Shown here: positions 59,442 through 64,000 of the stretch, piece by piece
Layout of the letters: each line of letters opens with the position of its first letter
Numbering within the stretch: the first letter of the stretch is position 1
Notes under the pieces: generated by a model
The model's input: only the letters and a program-made list of their open reading frames with translations
Databases searched by the model: none
Told to the model about the DNA's origin: nothing
From: Acetobacter sp.
GTDB lineage: Bacteria > Pseudomonadota > Alphaproteobacteria > Acetobacterales > Acetobacteraceae
Assembly: GCA_012517935.1 (NCBI GenBank)
Contig: JAAYUA010000178.1
Span: 9,897-73,896, forward strand
Length of the DNA: 64,000 nucleotides
Direction of reading: 5' to 3'
Made by a program: the position numbers and the translations under genes

Positions 59442-61952
59442 TTGATGACCATGATCGTAACGCCTGACGAAATGGTGGACGGTCGTGGTGGTGTGCGACC
59501 TCGCTGGCGGCGTCTTCTTAGTACGATTTCGGAGCTTGGTCTGGAGGAAGTGTCGGTCAGGCGCAGCCAGATGGCATTGGCGCTCAGGGATCTGAGTGGT
59601 GGGCGGGGCGACACGGGGGATTGTGATCCTGTTCCCCTGATCCTCGATGCTGCGGAATTTGCACAGCTTGAAGCAGGGGTCATTCAGCGCGCCAGAGTGC
59701 AGGAAGCGATGCTTCGCGACGTATATGGTGCACGCGAAGTCTTGAAGCAGGGGATTCTGCCGCCTCGGGTTCTCTGGTTGAGTAACGGATTTCTTCGTTT
59801 ATCGCCTTTGGGCGACAGCGTGGCCCATCAGAATTTTCTGTCGTTCTATGCCGTGGATCTGGTGCGGGAAGAGGACGGACGGTGGAGTGTTCTGGCGGAT
59901 CGTGTTTCACGAGGAAATGGCATAGGCCGTTTGCTTGAGAACCGCCGTCAGATGGCCCGTATTTTTCCTGAACTTTTTGCTGGATATGAAGTCAGGCATC
60001 CCGGGGTTTTCGTGGATGTCTGGCAGGATATTCTGCTCGGCGCCTCGGGCGGAAGTTCGGCTCAGGTACTTCTGACACCGGGAAGGGAAGACCCATATTG
60101 GCCGGAGCACGTCATTCTGGCGAAAGAACTGGGATGCACACTGGCAGAGGCTGGTGATCTGACGGTTCGTCAGGGACAGTTGTGGTTGAAGACCGTCAGC
60201 GGTTTGCAGAAAGTTGAGACCCTGTTGATTCGACAGGAAGCAGAAACGCTCGACCCATTGGAACTGAATGGAAGCAGAATTCCTGGCGTTGCGGGGCTGA
60301 TGATGGCCGTTCGCAATGGAGCAGTGCGTTTGTTCAACGATCCACGGGCCGGATTTTCCGAGACAGCTGGTCTGTTGCCATTCATGCCTGCACTGACACA
60401 GTTTTTTCTGGGCGAACAGCCCTTGTTACGTACAGTCAGGACTGAGTGGGGACAGGTAATGCCGAATACCTCCAGTTCAATAAACGGTAATTATCAGTTT
60501 CGAAGCCCTGCTTTCGAGTCCTGTGCCATGGCGATGGATGAGGTGCAGTCGGCGTCGAATGAATATACGAAAATTGCTGCGGATCCGAGACAATATGTTT
60601 CCCTGATGGTTCCCGGATTTTCCATGTCTCCCTCCCTTATTGGAACGCGGCTGGAGCCTCGGCCTTTGGTTCTGCGTCTGTTTGCGGCCTGTGGAGAGGG
60701 GGGGTGGAGTGTTTTGCCGGGTGGATTGGCACGAGTTGGTGCTGCACCGGCCGATATTCTGCGTCTGGGATCACTTGATGGCGTGGTCAGTAAGGATGTC
60801 TGGGTGCTCGCGGGGGAAGCTGGCGAGATGCGCAGTGCGGGTGTGGTGAATACCCAGAAATTAGTGATCCGTCGTGCCCGGACAGATTTGCCCAGTCGCG
60901 TTGCGGAGGATTTTTTCTGGCTGGGGCGTTATCTGGAGCAATTTGAATCCGCCGCACGGATATTGCGGGTTGTTCTGGAACGGATGTCCGGGACGGAGCC
61001 GTCGCCTTGGGAAAAGGTTGATCTGAACGGCCTGTTTCGTCTTTTGCGTCTTTATGGTGTGATTGAGGACAGTCCGGTTTACGGACATAGTCTGTTCGTT
61101 CTGACAAGAACGCTTCTGACCGCCACGGATGCCGGTTTGCTTCTTGCTTCGCTTCTTCAGAACATCAAGGGACGGGTGCCGCAGCTTGCCGATCGCCTGA
61201 CCCCGGAAATGCGTCATTTCATTTTGACGGGTGCTGAAGAACGCTTGAAAGATCTTGAACTTTGTCATGTTCGGGGAGATGACCCGATGCGTTCCATCGA
61301 ACGTCTTGACCGAATGACCGAGCGTCTTCTGGCGTGGAGTGCGACGATTTCCGGATTTGTTGCGGAAAATATGTTGAGGTCCGGAGGGCGTCTTTTCCTT
61401 GATCTGGGGCGGCGGATTGAGCGTGCTGGCATGGTTTGTCTCAGCTTTGCGACATTTCTGGATCAGGACGGGATACGTCAACGCGGACGCATGGAAGGGG
61501 CGCTGCGTCTGATGCTGGAATTATGCGATAGCGCCATCACTTATCGTTCCCGGTATTTTGGTGTCGTGCAGCCTGCTGCGGTTATGGATCTACTGTTGCT
61601 TGATGAGGATAATCCCAGAGGTGTTGGATATCAGCTGGCGATCTTGAAATCGGGTCTTTCTGATCTGGAGCGTGCTTCTCAGGCAGGAAGTGTGGGATCT
61701 GTTGTGGAGGATTTATCTCTGGTCGTTCAGGAACAGATACAGATTCTTCGTGACATGGTCATTCATGTTCAGGAATCTCTTGAGCAGGATATGATGGTGG
61801 TGGATGCAGTCGAGATATTCCGCTCTGTAAGAAATACGTTGATGACGCTTTCTGTCAGTCTCACACGTCGTTATTTCACTGTTCTTGCGGTATCTCATGT
61901 GGTCGATTCAGTTACGGATGAGACTCTGTCCACGGAAGGGGAGAGTCTGTGA
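59442..61952 (+). CDS. Fusion protein: circularly permuted type-2 ATP-grasp domain (N-terminal, about 480 aa) plus alpha-E domain (C-terminal)
   Basis: N-terminal 'GGVRPRWRRLL' and the overall CP-ATP-grasp feel. The alpha-E hallmark 'VAEDFFWLGRYLEQFESAARILRV' begins near nt 60,890. GTGA overlap with the downstream transglutaminase gene. Confidence 0.75.
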   Translation: MMTMIVTPDEMVDGRGGVRPRWRRLLSTISELGLEEVSVRRSQMALALRDLSGGRGDTGDCDPVPLILDAAEFAQLEAGVIQRARVQEAMLRDVYGAREVLKQGILPPRVLWLSNGFLRLSPLGDSVAHQNFLSFYAVDLVREEDGRWSVLADRVSRGNGIGRLLENRRQMARIFPELFAGYEVRHPGVFVDVWQDILLGASGGSSAQVLLTPGREDPYWPEHVILAKELGCTLAEAGDLTVRQGQLWLKTVSGLQKVETLLIRQEAETLDPLELNGSRIPGVAGLMMAVRNGAVRLFNDPRAGFSETAGLLPFMPALTQFFLGEQPLLRTVRTEWGQVMPNTSSSINGNYQFRSPAFESCAMAMDEVQSASNEYTKIAADPRQYVSLMVPGFSMSPSLIGTRLEPRPLVLRLFAACGEGGWSVLPGGLARVGAAPADILRLGSLDGVVSKDVWVLAGEAGEMRSAGVVNTQKLVIRRARTDLPSRVAEDFFWLGRYLEQFESAARILRVVLERMSGTEPSPWEKVDLNGLFRLLRLYGVIEDSPVYGHSLFVLTRTLLTATDAGLLLASLLQNIKGRVPQLADRLTPEMRHFILTGAEERLKDLELCHVRGDDPMRSIERLDRMTERLLAWSATISGFVAENMLRSGGRLFLDLGRRIERAGMVCLSFATFLDQDGIRQRGRMEGALRLMLELCDSAITYRSRYFGVVQPAAVMDLLLLDEDNPRGVGYQLAILKSGLSDLERASQAGSVGSVVEDLSLVVQEQIQILRDMVIHVQESLEQDMMVVDAVEIFRSVRNTLMTLSVSLTRRYFTVLAVSHVVDSVTDETLSTEGESL

Positions 61953-62839
61953 TCTATCGTGTTCGTCATGTCACTACATATGGTTACGGAAATCCGGTCG
62001 ATCTCGCGGCGCATATTGTGCATGTGACACCACGTGACTGTTCGGGGCAGCATGTGTTGAGGACGCGGTTGATTTGTGAGCCAGAGCCTTCATGGCAGAA
62101 GGCAGGGCATGATCATTTCGGCAATCAGGTGACATGGCTGTTTCACGAAGAGCCCCACTCACTGTTCAGATTGACGGCTGAGTCGGAAGTTGAAACGGTC
62201 TGTCTGCCTGTTGTCGATGCGGCATCTACATTGGCTTGGGAAGATGTAGCGGCTTATGCCCTTGAGGAAGATGTCTCGGAATTTCTTTTTGCAGGCAGCA
62301 GTCTTCCGACATCTGCAGAAGCAGGCGATTATGTTTCCAGATCGTTTCATAAAGGGCGGGCGATATTGGAAGCTCTTCTGGAGTTGAACACACGCATATT
62401 CACGGAGTTCAAATTTCAGTCGGGCGTCACAAATCTGAGGACTCCGGTTGAAGAGATTCTGAAAATGCGTCAGGGCGTCTGTCAGGATTTCACACATCTG
62501 ATGGTGAGCGGGTTGAGAGCCATCGGTCTGCCTGCCCGCTATATGTCAGGCTATATTCGCACGCGTCCTTTGCCGGGGCAGGCAAGAAGGGTCGGAGCGG
62601 ATATGTCGCACGCTTGGGTTGGAGCCTGGCTTGGTCCACGAGATGGTTGGATCGGTCTGGACCCAACAAATGGCATTATTGTTCAGGATGAGCATGTCAC
62701 GCTTGGATGGGGCCGTGATTATGCGGATGTCAGTCCTGTGAGAGGTCTGATCCTTGGTGGTGGTCATAGCAGCCTGCGGGTCGGCGTTGATCTGGTTCCA
62801 GTGGAAGAGTGGGAAGGAGAGGCTTTCCCTGCTGAATGA
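61949..62839 (+). CDS. Transglutaminase-family protein (bacterial transglutaminase N-domain plus Cys-His-Asp core)
   Basis: 'MIYRVRHVTTY' N-domain start. Nucleophile 'GVCQDFTHL', 'SHAWVGAW' (His), 'GLDPTNG' (Asp). Confidence 0.85.
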   Translation: MIYRVRHVTTYGYGNPVDLAAHIVHVTPRDCSGQHVLRTRLICEPEPSWQKAGHDHFGNQVTWLFHEEPHSLFRLTAESEVETVCLPVVDAASTLAWEDVAAYALEEDVSEFLFAGSSLPTSAEAGDYVSRSFHKGRAILEALLELNTRIFTEFKFQSGVTNLRTPVEEILKMRQGVCQDFTHLMVSGLRAIGLPARYMSGYIRTRPLPGQARRVGADMSHAWVGAWLGPRDGWIGLDPTNGIIVQDEHVTLGWGRDYADVSPVRGLILGGGHSSLRVGVDLVPVEEWEGEAFPAE

Positions 62840-62935
62840 GGGATGTCGCGTTCCAGAAAATCGGCGCACGATCTGATTTTACGCTTTCTCTCGCTCCATA
62901 TTCAGGAACGGGAGTTTTTATGTCACAGCGACAGT

Positions 62936-63115
62936 TTACCTTTGCTCCCGTCGGAATAGGCATGGGTCTTCGCAGATCAGCCCATACACCTCAAAATCCA
63001 TAGTTTGGAAACAGGCTTCGTGTTGATCGTTCAGCCGAGCAAGATGCTCTTCGACATTGGAAAACCATCCTGCCTCATGATCCATTCCCAAAATAACGTA
63101 AGGAAATGGAATCAT
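62936..63115 (-). CDS. Possible 59-aa ORF below the ORF-track length cutoff
   Basis: Hand translation: MIPFPYVILGMDHEAGWFSNVEEHLARLNDQHEACFQTMDFEVYGLICEDPCLFRREQR*. It is divergent from the TonB-dependent receptor gene across the AT-rich island. No recognisable family. Confidence 0.25.
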   Translation of the reverse strand: MIPFPYVILGMDHEAGWFSNVEEHLARLNDQHEACFQTMDFEVYGLICEDPCLFRREQR

Positions 63116-63257
63116 AGAGAAGATTTTAAATCAAAATAATTTTAGAAATATTTAGTTATTATAAAAATTTTTTATAACTCGGCTCGAATGAAATATTTCT
63201 GCACCATGTTTGCAGCAGCGTGGCGAGTGATGGCTCACTCTATCTAAATATTTAGTT

Positions 63258-63276
63258 GCAAATGATTATCAATCTC
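63258..63276 (+). promoter_or_regulatory. Fur-box-like site upstream of the TonB-dependent receptor gene
   Basis: GCAAATGATTATCAATCTC matches 14 of 19 positions of GATAATGATAATCATTATC (core AATGATTATCA is 10/11). It ends 42 nt upstream of the ATG. Confidence 0.45.
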
Positions 63277-63318
63277 TATAATGAGGCGGCAGCATCTTTT
63301 AATGAAAGTCTGCGTGCT

Positions 63319-64000
63319 ATGAAAATCGGTCGAGCGTTGTCCTCCGGTAGTCTGCTATTTGCGGTATTGTCCTCCACGACTTCTCTGGCATTTTCACAAA
63401 CATATCGCGCAGAGACAGGGGAGAGCGATTGCAGAGATACCAAGGCATGCACGCGTAAATTGATTTCAGCGAATGGCATCAAAGCTAAACATGCGGAATC
63501 TGTGCGTGTCGTCGCGCAACAGCAGAATGCTTCTGTCAGCGCCGAAAAAATGTCGATTCCATTTCTTGAAAACCCTCAGGCCATATCAGTCGTATCAAGA
63601 AAGACCATGGATCAGCAAAATGTGCTACGTCTGAACGAAGCTTTGCGTAATGTCGCCGGAGTTTCCTACTCTGACAGTTATGCGCTTTATGACAGTATTC
63701 GTGTGCGTGGCATGAGTACAAGCGGGATGACGTATCTTGATGGTCTTAAAACTATAGACAGTCTTTCAATGAATGAAACAGTAGGCCTTTCGCGTCTTGA
63801 AGTCATCAAGGGACCAGCTTCCGGTCTGTTTGGGCAGGGGCCGCTCTCTGGCCTCGTCAACATGGTTAGCAAACGCCCGGAAGCCCGCAATTTTGCAAGT
63901 TTCACCGCTCAGGGGGGATCGTGGTCCTATTACGAAGGTCGCGCAGACGTTAATCGTGACTTGCTCGGTAATGGACTGATTCTGGTTCGTCTCAACACGC
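63319..64000 (+). CDS. TonB-dependent receptor, N-terminal part (3' end outside the window)
   Basis: Hand translation from ATG 63319 gives the signal peptide 'MKIGRALSSGSLLFAVLSSTTSLAFSQ', then plug-domain motifs 'NPQAISVVSRKTMDQQN', 'LNEALRNVAGV', 'IRVRG', 'LEVIKGPASGLFGQG'. The frame stays open to nt 64000. Confidence 0.85.
   Translation, partial: MKIGRALSSGSLLFAVLSSTTSLAFSQTYRAETGESDCRDTKACTRKLISANGIKAKHAESVRVVAQQQNASVSAEKMSIPFLENPQAISVVSRKTMDQQNVLRLNEALRNVAGVSYSDSYALYDSIRVRGMSTSGMTYLDGLKTIDSLSMNETVGLSRLEVIKGPASGLFGQGPLSGLVNMVSKRPEARNFASFTAQGGSWSYYEGRADVNRDLLGNGLILVRLNT

Overview
This window is a core, highly syntenic alphaproteobacterial chromosome segment. My guess is an Acetobacteraceae/Rhodospirillales-type genome with mid-50s % GC by eye; neither point was computed or searched. 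About 51 kb (11.9-62.8 kb) is one co-directional plus-strand block of housekeeping operons.

Gene content in order:
- Partial DUF445 gene.
- Rrf2 regulator followed by sufBCDS-sufU-DUF59-sufA.
- Convergent minus-strand pair: DEAD-box helicase, then rRNA m5U-methyltransferase-like gene.
- Small membrane protein, nnr, tRNA-Leu(UAG).
- tig-clpP-clpX-lon-hupB, tRNA-Val(UAC).
- A 13-gene nuo (complex I) operon, nuoA-L then nuoN, with no nuoM.
- birA, RNase J, proS, lolCE-type permease and lolD.
- One orphan ORF.
- pyrH-frr-uppS-cdsA-dxr-rseP-bamA-skp-lpxD-fabZ-lpxA-lpxI, then gloA.
- amtB plus a beta-barrel outer-membrane protein.
- A SahR-like ArsR/methyltransferase regulator with metF.
- A fused circularly-permuted ATP-grasp/alpha-E protein with a transglutaminase.
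- The 5' part of a TonB-dependent receptor.

I saw no CRISPR array, rRNA, transposase, integrase or obvious prophage/defence island.

The most system-like and least understood element is the translationally coupled ATP-grasp/alpha-E + transglutaminase pair at 59.4-62.8 kb. It belongs to a predicted but experimentally uncharacterised module family, so it is not new as a family. Other points worth a second look:
- the missing nuoM;
- the orphan ORF at the lolD|pyrH junction;
- amtB without glnK but with a porin;
- two extremely AT-rich promoter islands, one with a Fur-box-like site and an exact 12-nt repeat;
- a 59-aa ORF below the ORF-track cutoff.

All functional calls rest on motif recognition by eye. 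No searches were run.
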